Positions 27,370 to 39,781 of a stretch of DNA of 57,805 nucleotides are shown piece by piece; position 1 is the stretch's first letter, and each line of letters opens with the position of its first letter. The notes beneath the pieces are model-generated. The model had not been told where the DNA came from. It was given only the letters and a program-made list of their open reading frames with translations, and did not search any database. Location of the stretch: positions 341,887 to 399,691 of the forward strand of contig RDEW01000049.1 of assembly GCA_011109175.1 (NCBI GenBank), written 5' to 3'. The stretch is from Dicyema japonicum (taxonomy: Eukaryota; Animalia; Dicyemida). The position numbers and the translations under genes are program-made.

Positions 27370-27760
27370 AAGTTAAAAGTAAACTACTAACTAAGTGATC
27401 CCAGTTTTCCGGGTTCTGGCTCTCGTTCGGGGTCCTCGAAGATCCAACAGAATTGGTAGAAACGGGGACGGTCTCATTCTCCATAGATTCTCCGCTTTTT
27501 CTAGATAGTCAGATATAGAGAGTGAAAGCGGACAGCCGGTTTTAGGTGTTCTTTAACATTCAATACGTTATCCACGATTTTCTTATTTATTATTTTCAAG
27601 GCAGTAAGTTGTGCGGCTTCTAATTTTTGAGACTACGATTCAGAAATCATCGAGCTCCAGGAAGGACATGCGTATTCGATTCCTGGCAGTATGTATTGTC
27701 TGTAAATTTTCTGTAGTAAGAAGGTGTTGCGCCCGATTGGTGATCGAGATAAAATTTTCA
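27370..27760 (-). mobile_element. CR1/L2/jockey-like LINE RT C-terminal fragment
   Basis: IYRQYILPGIEYACPSWS..KLEAAQ. Confidence 0.55.
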
Positions 27761-28352
27761 ATATAGAACCACTAACAGTTAGTCACATAAACAAATCCAT
27801 AGAATTAATCTTACAAATGTACTTCAATTTCAAATGAAGTATGCTATATTGGCACAAAAAAGAATTTCAATGGAGCAGATAGAGCTTTATCTTTTACTAA
27901 TTACTAATTTCCACAGAGTATTCGGGACAGGTGAAATTGGATAAAAATATCCACCCGTATATTTTAGCAAATAGTCAAGAGAACACATGGAGTGTATCCA
28001 ATACTCACATCATGTGAATTCATTTCTGTCTATAGAGCAAGGAGATAATAGTAACGACTATTACAAAATCGTCACAAGGGCGATAGCAAAGACTAATTAA
28101 AAAAAACTATTTTGCCAGGATTGTTAGCTTTTAGAGTTTTGTTTAAATACAAAATTTTTATGTATAATAAATTTAAAAAGTTTTAAATACGAGTGTGATA
28201 TTAAGGCATTACAATAAAACAAAACTTTACAATTTATCAAAAATTTTAATTAAGCCAAATTCCCCAAATTAATATTACACGCATCAAAAATAATTGTTGA
28301 ATAACTTATGCTTATAAGCGAATTTGTAAACGATTTTTTGCAATTTGAAATA

Positions 28353-29268
28353 ATGAGTTTTTTGTTTTTTGCATTATTTTGTGCTTTTGTCGGTAATTTA
28401 AATTAAAAAGTTTTAGATAACAGGCTATTAACTAAAAGATTCGATGTCGCCACTGTTGTTGACTACAACTTTGTTTCATTTATTATTTTATATATAGCAA
28501 AAAGAATTCCGATTTAATAAGGCCAATATAAAACAGTACATAATAAAGTTGTTCAAGTTGTCTCGAAAAGTAAAAAATTACTTATATTTCAGTATTTTGG
28601 GACAATCAAAGTAAAAATAAAATTTAAAAAAATATATTACGCTGACGAAATTACGCCGTATTTATCATACAAGGCAGCTTCATATGCGCAGAAAAATAAT
28701 TATTTTAATGGGGTTGACGCAGTTTTATTTTTTGAGTAATTATTCAAACTAATTCTCAGAATTGCTAATTTAAAAGCTAATTCTGCAATGATTTATTGGG
28801 AATTGCATTGACAGGAACTATTTGCACACAAAGCGGTGGGAATTGTTATGAAAAAACACACCGATGAAGAGACTTCATCGATTATGTCACATGAATTATT
28901 CCACGTGCTTGGGTTTAAACACGTCGGCTTTACTGACAGTAATTGCAATACAAATTGTTTAATGAATCCTATTATTTATAAAGATTTGTATAAGTTTTTT
29001 ATAATTTTTTCAGACATGTGTCCAAATTAACAATCGGCACAAGGCCAAAACTGGAAAAGAAATGGCGGTGCCTTAAATCGAGTAATGACTTATTTTAATT
29101 TTTGTCATTGTTTATAATGATGTCCCTGATGATGAGGGGACCACTTCTAATAAGTCAAATGGAGCTAATTTCCGGATTTACTATTTGTTTTTTTTCACGC
29201 TCCAACTAGTCAGTAGCGTTTTTCTTTCACTGTAAAATAAGTTAATTATAATTTAGGGTCTAAATTAG
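28353..29268 (+). pseudogene. M12B metalloprotease paralog 4 (compensating 1 and 2 nt deletions with a TGA in exon 5)
   Basis: Same introns as paralog 3 including the GT-TG intron; HELFHVLGFKH; CLMNP. Confidence 0.85.
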
Positions 29269-29339
29269 ATTACTTCTCAGACTAATTATTTAATATTAAT
29301 AATAATTACTTTTAGCTAATTTTCACATAAAATTATGTC

Positions 29340-29620
29340 TGCGTAAATGAGAGCCTAGAATGACACGATAGTTCTTCGGCCTTTGCAGACCTGACGTAGA
29401 CGACCGGGTGAGATTACCCTCTTCCCTTTTGAATCGGTTATAAAAGGAAACTGTCGGAGAGAATTAAATTTGCTAAATTACCCTATGGAATGCAGTTTAT
29501 TCAAATCGCTGTGGAGAGGACAATCGACAATGTAATTTATAATTGATTTTGGTGTCAGATTTCTTACGTTTAGACGACCTCCAGTTGCTATTGTACAAGG
29601 GAATAGCCATGCAGTTGTTG
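29340..29620 (+). mobile_element. Old CRE 3' (RLE) relic
   Basis: GLCRPD..RP..ITLFPF; FIQIAVE; VAIVQGNS. Confidence 0.6.
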
Positions 29621-30358
29621 TTTCCAAATACTAATAAAAATTAGTCAAAATATTTTTTTATAAATTTGTTAAATAATTTGTTACGTAACAAAACAATCGG
29701 GGAAATCAGGTTGAGATAATTAAGTGCCTGTTTCCCCTGACAACAGAGAAATTATTTGTCACAGCCACTCAGTTTTCCCGACGTTCGCTTCTCATTTAAA
29801 TTCATTATTTTTGATTTATTTATTATTTTTATGCATGTGAATCTCAGTTGTAATGGAATATTGATTTTTCAGTGCAACAAAGAAATGGAAAAATTTCTGT
29901 ATTTAAATTTTTTTGTTTTTATTACGCTCCAAGTAGTCAATGAGTAAACTAATTATTCATTTTCATTTACTTGATTAATTTCCGATTAGATTGCCAAGTA
30001 GCAATGTCCGAATTTCAAAAAAGCATTTATTACAAATCAAACGCGAATACTACGGGAACATCAGATGGTAAAAAATATAGAAAGCTTTCGAAACATTTAA
30101 TATTCCAATCAGCTCAATTAGAAATATTTTTTGAGATATAATCGATTTGGTACCAACATTATTCCTTTTTTGTTGATAAGTTACCAAAAAGTCTCCGATA
30201 ACAAAAAAAATTATATTATATTTAAAAAATGTCAGTCACGATTGTATCTTGCGAACAATAACAAACATATTGCTTAAAGAAGGGCTAAATTTTTTTAATT
30301 TAAATTGTGATGCTATCGAACTTGCCATAACTACCAGTAGTAATCTTAAACGTGTTTA

Positions 30359-32625
30359 TTTTATGGTTTTATTATAAGGAAAAAGAATAGTTAATTTTAA
30401 TTATTCAGCTGTTGGGAGATGCATAAGCTATTCCCACGGACAACAGCCGACGAGAGCCTCTCCTTGAGCCATCTCGTCTCACGAAGATCACCAGTTTTGT
30501 CGGATAGTAGTTTTCCAAGATGATTCAGGAACTTCAGCGTTTTAGGGCCAAAGTTCCCCGAAGTTTCAATCAAGACCGGTGCGAAAATGTACCTGTCGCT
30601 GATATCCGAATATTAGCATTTTTCTTCCTCTGCTTGAGAAGAAGGTCTGCCCGGTGAATTATTTTTTTTGCTTGGGGCGAAAGAGCAGACACAGGTCACA
30701 TCCCATACAAGGTTTCGCCCTCGCTCAAAGGAAAGGAGGTCATGCCGTCAGGGCGTCTTCCGTTGTCAAATAGACCAGTCGGTTCGATCCGGCAACGGAA
30801 TCCAGCCGATTCTAATGCCCTCTTAATGATGCCGTTCATTGCCGAATGTCGAGAAGATCTGCCAATTCCGCTCCGGCATGAGAGGAGGTGGAGACCCAGT
30901 TCGTCCGATAGACAGCCACATTTGCACTTCGATTTGGTGCAAACAGGCAATCCGAGGTGTAGACATACAGCTGTACGAAGGAGTCATCATCCAACAATCC
31001 ACCAACTTCTTGACATGGGTAAACCCCAAGCCAAGATCCATCAACCGCCTCCCTCGAATTTTGGAAACAGTCCAGGCGATGTCCAGAGAGCCGGCTGACT
31101 AGGTTGGATGCCAGAGCATTCCATCTATGGATCATCCAAGACGATTGTTGGTCTGGATTACGCGGCTCGCTAAGCCCTTCACTCCGCCACACGTCCATGT
31201 ATTCAACCAAGTCATTGGACAGTTTCCGAGATGGAAGCTTTGAAAGAATTGAGTCCACTTGGTTTTTGCATGAAAGTTTTGAGGCAAAATACGCCGGGCC
31301 AGCAATTTGGCAGGGAGTAGTAAGACCGATTCCACCCAATGATATCGGTAATTGAGTCTGTATCCATCCAGGGGTGTCAAGGAAACGTTAAGTACGAATT
31401 CAGTACATCTTTTGAGGCAATTATTAAAAAGGGAATCACACTTATAACATGGTGCAGTCCTTAGTAAATAGTTTAATCTTGGAATGGACAAGCAGTTTCT
31501 CAATAGGAAGAGGGCAATATGGTTGTCAACATGCCGCAAACGGGTCTCAAAAGTACCGAGCTCTATTGTCCTTTCTTTAAACACGTCCACAATTCGGTCT
31601 TCGAATATAGGAGAACCAAGGAACAGAGACTCCCCAACTGGAACCGATGCATAATTTTCGAGAGTGTATTTAAACTGGTCATTGTAGAAAGTAGTCAGAT
31701 CGGGACTCAAATTGATCTTGATTAATTCACATTTGGCCTTGTTGACAGAAAGGCCAATCGCTTCGAATTCAGATATCAAACGACGCACGTCCTCCAAAAC
31801 TGTATCTGGATGTCCACCAATGATTCCGTCATCCAAATACCATAAATTTAAAGGTGATTTTAAGCATGCGGCTACTCCATGGATCCCCAAAGCAAAGAGA
31901 AGAGGTCCAAGTGGGTCGCCTTGTTGAACACCAGTTCGTGATTTAATGATGGCATCGTGGAAAACCAATGATGATGGATTAGAATATGAAAGGCGAACAA
32001 TCTCCCAAATATGTGGTAAATTTTTTTGGCATAACTCCAATAAATGATCTCTCCTTATGGAATTAAATGCGTTCTTAAGATCTACTTTGCAGACAACAAC
32101 GTCCTCTTTGCATTGGACGACGACGTGAAAAAACTCCTCACTGCGTGGACACAAGCCTCTGCACCGCCACGAACTCCAACGCCCATCTGTATAGGACTGA
32201 AACTAGGAAGTAATCTTTGAACCCCAGAAAAGCAAGCGACTTTAGCTGCAAGTCTCCTAAACACGTTTCCAATAGCAATCGGTCTGACACCGCCGTCAGG
32301 CTTTCGGAGAGCAACAAGATTAGCAGAAAATAACATATCTCGACCGAAAGGAGACAAACATCCAGAAAGAATTTTGTTGATCAGTTCGCAAATAGCGTTC
32401 GAAAGATCCTTTCCGACAGATCCCATCATTGGAGCTGTGAGATCACGTAGGTGACCGGGTCTCAAGCCATCGATACCACCTCCACTACTAGGACGAAATG
32501 AACGCAGGGAGGTGATTATATCTTCGTTAGAGGCGAGCAATTGTTCCTCGTGGAAAGGTTTTATAGTTCTCAAGTCTTCGGGGGATCCGGGGTGTTTTTC
32601 TCGTAAAGACATGAGCGTTTCAGGG
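30359..32625 (-). mobile_element. CRE-B, 5'-truncated
   Basis: GGGIDGLRPGHL; GGVRPIAIG; QQGDPLGPLLF; WYLDD; HLLSCRSG; RRPDG; TSD AACGTGTTTA at 30349-58 and 32626-35. Confidence 0.92.
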
Positions 32626-32731
32626 AACGTGTTTAATATTTTATTTTTAATAAAATGATTAATTTTTTGGTTCTTGTCAAATAATTATCGCCACTTTCCT
32701 GTAACAAATTCAATATTTAATTTTTTTAGTT

Positions 32732-35700
32732 TTTTTAACAATTTTTTTAAATTTTTTTTTCGTTGTTGTCGTCGTCGTTAATATATACAGTTCTCTCTCT
32801 TATTATCTATTCATGTCTGTTTTTTATGATGTACTACACGAAGACACCTCATGCAAAGGGTGCAGAGTATCTAATTCTCGCAAGTTGCGGGATTCGTTGT
32901 TCTGTATGTGTTGGTTACTACCACATAGGTTGTGAAAAATTATCCAAGAAAATTGCTCGATCACTTCCCTCGTGGTCGTGCCGGTCATGCCGACTGGAAC
33001 TCACTAAAATTGAACCTCATGATCATTTTGTGTCATCATCATCTGTATCAGATCTTCTGGAAGCCATGTCTCCGGAGGATTTTCTGGTTTTATTATCAAA
33101 CACGCGACAAAAAAAGATTATCCCTGTCAAGATCCCCAAGGCTTCCCGGATCTCAATTGCTTCTGCCCTTTCTTCTTGCATTGAGAAAACTGTGTCCAAT
33201 GGCTCGAAAAAGGATTGGATGGTTCTTTTCTCTTTCCCTGTCCTGGCTATGGGGTTAGAGCGTAAACCTGCCCATCTTCTCGGAAACCCTCTCTATCCCA
33301 TGTCCTGAAGAAGCGCGTGATTGCCTTTATGGATTCATGGGAGTCCCTGGCTGAAGAATTATTTGTTTCACCAGTTGATTACTTCCCAAAGTCCAATTCC
33401 ACACATCCAGTATGGCTCCTGAGAGGCTTCGCTCTCGTGTCAGGAGGAAATTGATGGAGGGCGATCTTACTGCTGCAGTTCGAACTGTTTGTACGGATTC
33501 TGACCCGGTGAAAGCCACTCAGGAGACACTCTGTATATTGGGACAGAAACATCCTCCTGAACCAGAAGACTTTTGTAAACCTGTTCGTCCAGAACAATCT
33601 ATGCATGATATTTCCACTTCAGCCATTTACAACGCTCTTTGTTCTTTCCGAAGAAGTAGCAGTGGAGGAGTTGACGGTCTCAAACCTGGCCATCTGTCAG
33701 ACTTGGTGTCCCATTCTGTCGGCAGGCCTGGATCGCTACTCTTGGAGCGAACCCGGGATCTCGTAGCTCGCATGCTTTCCGGAAACGTTTCCGATTTTGG
33801 TCGGAATCTCCTCTTTTCGGCGAATCTAACGGGCCTTGGAAAGAAAGATGGTGGTATTCGCCCCATTGCAATTGGAAACGTATTTCGACGTTTATCCGCA
33901 AAAATGGCTTGTCGTTTTGTTATCTCCCGAATTTCAGCCGAATTTTGTCCTTCGCAGCTTGGTGTCGGAATCAATGGCGGCTGTGAAGCTGGGATCCACG
34001 CAGTGAGAGAATTTGCGTCACAATCAGCTGAATTGAATGTTGAGGACAGAGTTTTATTCAAATTGGACCTCCGGAATGCCTTCAATTCAGTCAGAAGGGA
34101 CACCGTTCCTTGATACCTGTAGGAGGAGGATTCCTCAGATTTATCCCTTTGTATATCTCGCGTATTCGGATCCATCCCCTCTTGTTTTTGGCAGTGGAAT
34201 TATTTCGTCCGGATCCGGAGTTCAACAGGGGGACCCACTCGGTCCTCTTCTATTTTCCTTGTCTATCGACCATATTGCCCAGGACCGTTGCACTCCACTG
34301 AACGTCTGGTATCTGGACAATTGTATTCTCGGTGGAAGTCCCGATGATATTCTCTCCAAAGTTGCATCGATCAGACGTTTGTGTGGAAAAATCGGTCTGG
34401 AATTTAACAATGAAAAGTTCGAAGCAATTAATCTGAATTTGAGTTCCGATTCATTCTACCTTTTTCATAGAAAACTCTGCGAATCATCCCAGGGGTTAGG
34501 GAGACTCATATTGATTCTCTCGACTTCCTTGGGTGTGGGATTTTGGTAAACCGGGTGAGGGAGTTATTGGAAGGCAAGAGGACTAATTTACGTCATATGC
34601 CGACAGGATGAGTTTTTTGGACCGTCATGTCGCCTTTTTTATGCTGAAGAATTGTCTCCTTCTCCAAAACTCCTTTTTATTCTACGGGGATCCCCATGCT
34701 ACGCCGAAAAAGATCTTCTATCGTTAATTGATGTGGATATCCGGTCAACGATGGGGTCCATTCTTAATGTTTGTTTTGATGATTTCGGATGGTTACAGGC
34801 CTCACTCCCTGTAGCATACGGTGGTTTGGGTCTTTCTCTTTCTTCGGACGTTGCTTTGGATGCCTATTTATCTTCATTCGGCTCGTCAAGGCGTTTAGTA
34901 GATACGGTCCTTCACTCTACTTCCGGACTAAACGTACCGTTGACGCCGTCGGGAGCCTGGGATGAATGGATGAATTTGTACCTGAATGCTCCGGCCAATT
35001 GTGATAAGCAAAAGTCCTATTTGTTTTGTCTCTTCGAAAAGAAAAAAAGACTCCTTTGAAAAGACGGAATATGTAAGAAGGCTTGCCTGCCTCAAAACAG
35101 CCAGTTGTCACTCGACGGGGGCCTGGATGAACGCTTATCCATCTGCCGAAATTGGAAACCTGTTTGATAATGAGTTTGTGAGAATAGCTACCTCTCTTCG
35201 TCTTGGTCTTAAATTGTGTACCGAAAGAAAATGCCGCTGTGGACGTTGGATCGATCCTTTTGGTTATCATCTTTTGTCATGCAAGGTGAGTGCGGGTCGT
35301 TTCTCCAGGCACTCCTGTCTTAACATGACATTAAAGAATTCCCTTGCCTCTGCTGGACACCATTGCCTGTTAGAACCTGCTGGTCTTTCCCGAAACGATG
35401 GAAAACGCCCTGATGGGATGACGACTTTTCAATTCGCCAACGGACGAAACCTGATCTGGGACGCGACGTGTGTTGATACTTATTTCCCGTCTAATTTGGT
35501 TGCTTCTGCTTCGGACCCAGGACATGCTTCAAAGCAGGCCGAGGAACGAAAGAGGAGGAAGTACCAGAGAATTTCGGAGGAGTATCTTTTTGTTTCCATT
35601 CGCGGTTTTAACAATTAAACAAATGTCAGTTGAGGAAGCCTGCTGCGTGGATTGCGAACGAGTTCCCTCGGAGTATGGGTATTCCAATCTTTTGTCTTAG

Positions 35701-35810
35701 CCATAACCCTTCTCGTTAATCCCTTTTCTTTCTGGCAAGCAATCCTCCGAGTTCTCGCAAGAACTCAGCCGTCATTGGACCAACGGCTCCCGATGATTCA
35801 GTTTAAAAAA
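32732..35810 (+). mobile_element. CRE-C, full-length (~3.08 kb) but frameshifted; PHD-RT-CCHC-RLE
   Basis: CKGC..CSVC..YYHIGC..WSCRSC PHD; all RT and RLE motifs; A-tail; TSD AATTTTTTTAGTT at 32719-31 and 35811-23 (11-13 bp given A ambiguity). Confidence 0.9.
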
Positions 35811-38124
35811 AATTTTTTTAGTTAAATATAATTTATTCGCTTGAGAATATAATTTTATTGTTTTTCATTTATTTTTCATTTTTTTATCTACGAATATACA
35901 TTATGTGAGTATTACTAATGGGAAAACAATTACTCTCTTTAATCCACCTCAAATTAAAGAATCTATTAATTTTTACAAGAAGAGAATTTTTACCATGAAA
36001 ATTATTGTAAAAAAAGGACATTCTATAGAAGTTAGAACCGCATAGTCGTATGTTCGAAGAGAACGTGTACGATAAATATTAGGATACGATCTGGTATTAT
36101 TTGTGGTTAAATGTGTTAGTTACAAGGTTGAGAAATTATGAGTGAATATTGAAAATGCTATTAGTTTTTTATGTGGAGTTCTAAGATTGTGACTAGGAGA
36201 ATTATATAAAAAATGTTTGATGGTATTCGACGAGACCATGTGGTCGTCGATGATCCAGAGATTCCTAGTCGTGGAGTAACTGCTTACGACTGTAACTAAC
36301 AGGCACAACTTCTCTCCCTTATCGAGACAAATTGATCCCCCAATTACTGTTTTCTTAGTTATCATTTTTTATTATTTATTTATTCATTTACCCCCAATCC
36401 ATTCAAGTGACGGAAACCGATGGAAAATGGTCAACTAACGACTAAAAAGTAACGTCCCTAAGATCTGTCAGGTATACCTGGAGTAGTCCAGAATCGAAGC
36501 GGAACTGGAGAAGTGGCAGATCTAAATTACCCCGTATAGACCGAGAAATAAGTTAGCAGTAAACAACTATTTGAGTGTATCCGGTTCCACTGTTCTAAGA
36601 TTATATGTTCACTCTCCTACCTTTATTTGGGGAGCACCTCCGAGGTGAGGCGACTCTATTATTAGGGAAAACTCTGTTTTTGGGTCGCTCGTAAATTTTC
36701 TACCAAAAGTAAGAAAAATCAATTAAATTTAGCACCTCAATTTTGGACATTAATTTTTTATTATATAAAATTAATTATTTTAAAAGTCAGGTTTCATTTC
36801 AAAATTTTTGTGTTGATTATAATGCATCTGAATCTTGAAACAAAATTGAAGATTGTAAAAAGTAACATTTTGAAAAAGATTTTATACTCTGTCCAAAAAT
36901 CCGTTGATGACTCTTCTTGATGGCGGCCAGGCATTGGGAATCTCCTAAGTAAGGTGGATCCATTGACGGCTTCAAAGGGAGGTAAATAATTTATGACCAA
37001 CTAGCCACATTGCACCACATGGATCCAGGAAAAAAAATAAATATGCTGAGAAAATAACTGATTACTTTAAAAAAATAATGTTTTTTTTTATTTATAGAGC
37101 TATATAGAAAACCTCTGATTTTGAGGCATTACAGGCCCCAATTAGAGTTCCGACAGTATTTGAAACAGATATACAAACATATCCCACGGGGGACATCGAG
37201 AACATCATTGTAGTAAAGATCCAAAGGGAATAGTGTGATGGAAGAATTTTTAATGACAGACAGTCCACTCAGTAGTATAAAATTCAGCTTACGATGCAGT
37301 AGGATTGTACAACTATAACCGCCACGTAGGAGTAACTATCAGATATAAGTCATAGAGTTCACATTATTCACACTTTTTTATGATTTTTCACCATGAACAA
37401 GCTTTCTTGTGTGTATTGATTTCCATTTTTTTGATCCCACAAATGAAGCGAATACAATCCAGCAGACTGAAAATAGCCACATGCAAAACCTCAGAGAATC
37501 AGAATATAATGCCATGAGATAGTGTTTGAGTGTGGGTGAAGAAGCAACACGTTGAAAACGCTCAATCGGATTCTGAGAATTTTGAAGCTGTGCTGTCATC
37601 CAAAAGAGCATTAAAAATCCAGTGAAAATAGGAATCTAAGATGATGTTGATAATCAGGATGCAAATTTGATGAAAAAAGGGATTCCAGATGACGATTATT
37701 TTACTTATCATGCTGCTTCCACTTTGAACGATCACGGTGAAAGCAACAACAAAGTTGAATTTTTTAATTATTTCGGACCTACGACTTTGGGCGTTTAAGG
37801 AAACTGACTTGGTAAATGTCGACACTTTTGCAGAGTTACAATGGTTGCACTTTTCTCCAGCACTGTAACACCAATTTAGTTGAGATACATTAAAGCGAGT
37901 TCTTTACACTTTCAAATGGGGAATTTTATGATTGTGGCCAAATTTGTTTTCTTTGATTTTATCCGCGTAGAATCCTTCTTTTAACAATAATTCGACTTAT
38001 TCTCCAGCTCTCGGAAGAGTCGCAATAGCATCCGTTCACTTTATTGGTAGTAGATACCATTCCTCTTCCAAGCTATCTCTTGGCAGATAGACTCTTCCTC
38101 TCCAGGGTTCAAATAAATCCGATT

Positions 38125-38451
38125 AAAAAATAGTAAGCACTACCGCGTTGCCATAAGCACGTAAGATGCCTAGGGTTTCGCTCGTGCAGAACACACACTT
38201 TATTTATGTAAAGAAAGTTATTATAACTAATCGTAGAGGGAGAACCAAGGAATGATCTTCACTTCTTTGTTTTTTCTTCTTGTGTGTGGGTCCTTTCTAG
38301 ACAATCCAGTTCCGCAGTGAGTATCCAATGATGAGGGCGTCACTCGTCAAGCTCTTTCCGCATCGAACCTTTTACCAGGTAAACAGCAGCGAGAATCGAA
38401 CCCGTGACCTAAGCCACTTTAGCCCGACACCTAACCACTACGCCACCCGGC
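38125..38451 (-). mobile_element. tRNA-derived SINE, copy 1
   Basis: A box GTGGCGTAGTGG; B box GGTTCGATTC; clear homology to 46608-46880; 11 bp TSD TAAATCCGATT at 38114-24 and 38452-62. Confidence 0.85.
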
Positions 38452-38539
38452 TAAATCCGATTCTCACATGAATTGTGTTCTGGTTGAATGACCCTAATGT
38501 ATTAAATATACAACGATAACGCGTTTGATTCATGTATTT

Positions 38540-39350
38540 GAACTGGTTGCCCTGGTTTAATCTTGTTTTGCCAGACTCTGATCTTTTAAACCCCATCAAA
38601 CATCAACTTTTACACTTCGTTTTAAAAAGGTTGGTTTTTCTCCTCTGACACACCAAGGTATCTACTTCCATTTATTCCGTCGAGCAGTTAGCTTAAGATG
38701 CCATGGTGAGCACATTAGTAGCAGATTTCTTTAAGTCCAGCGGCTTCAAAGAATGAATTAACATCTTCATCATCGTAATGCTTTTTTCTCGAGAGAATAT
38801 TTTTTAGGTCATCCATAAACAGAAGGTGGTTTGTTGGATCATTGGTCGTGGTTGTAATAACCACTTTGGTGTATTCCATTTATCTCCTTCCTCAGAAGGT
38901 CCATTACAAGCACAAAGATCTGCAATGACAAAGTGTCACCCTCCAGTGTCCCTCTCTTTATCTTGATTTCTCCAGTTTCTTTGTGGTTAAACTTCAACTT
39001 AATATTCCACTTTGTGATCTATTTTCAACGAAATCTACAATTCATTAAGAGACTCAAGAGTTATCGAATTGCATCCACTGAATCGAAAGCTTTCTTACGT
39101 CTATCCACATGGCGGCCAAATTATTCCTGTTCTGCTGGTTAATGCACTGGTTTATCTCTATCCCCTTACACATTCTTCGTGTTCCTAAATGATTGCCACT
39201 GGTTGTATCTTCAATACAGTCGAATAATATTCTAGTCAAACAATTTGTATCCAAATAGCATAAATTGGGCATACACGTATTGGTATTATGTCCTTTGGGA
39301 ATGGCCACGTCTTTCTTAGGGACAAGATATAATGTAGAACAAGTCATATG
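38540..39350 (-). mobile_element. R4-like RT fragment
   Basis: LYLVPKK..; KAFDSV; GDT..; broken NHLL-xxDDL region. Confidence 0.5.
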
Positions 39351-39781
39351 GAGCATGATTTTATGAATTAACTTGAAACCTCTTCACAGAGGTGGTCATT
39401 TTTTAAAGAATTTTTACATACCATAACATCCACCAGTTCGGAAGTCATAAATCGTTGTCTGTCTTTTATTCTTTTGAATTAACACTTTTTTATTGTATTT
39501 AAATTTTTCAAAATTCCAAATTCTATCATTTCTGAAAATTCATTGAATTTTGTTCTGTCTTTTACATAGTTAAATCCATTTAATAATTTGTATTGTCGAA
39601 AATTCTCCATTTCCAGTATCAATAGTTTCCTCGTCGACATTATAATCTTCACAAAGAATGATGATTTCGATCTCGTCGAGCATTTTTGTCTTTATTAACA
39701 AGTTCTTCCAGTTTTTGGGTACTTATTCAGAACAGGACATTTTTATTAGCAAATGAATCAAGACAATTTATTGTCCCTGTC

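Noticed and set aside
29368-29400. U2 snRNA-like TTCTTCGGCCTTTG (possible Utopia-type target)
   Set aside because: It lies inside the CRE relic's GLCRPD coding motif; coincidental.
872-35810. AAACA target consensus for CRE insertions
   Set aside because: Fits CRE-A and CRE-B only; three other TSDs lack it.
36990-37030. U1 snRNA (ATTGCAC loop motif)
   Set aside because: No ATACTTACCTG 5' end, Sm site or stem pattern.
37360-37830. Membrane-protein-like ORFs on the - strand
   Set aside because: Hydrophobicity is explained by AT-rich codons; no family recognised.
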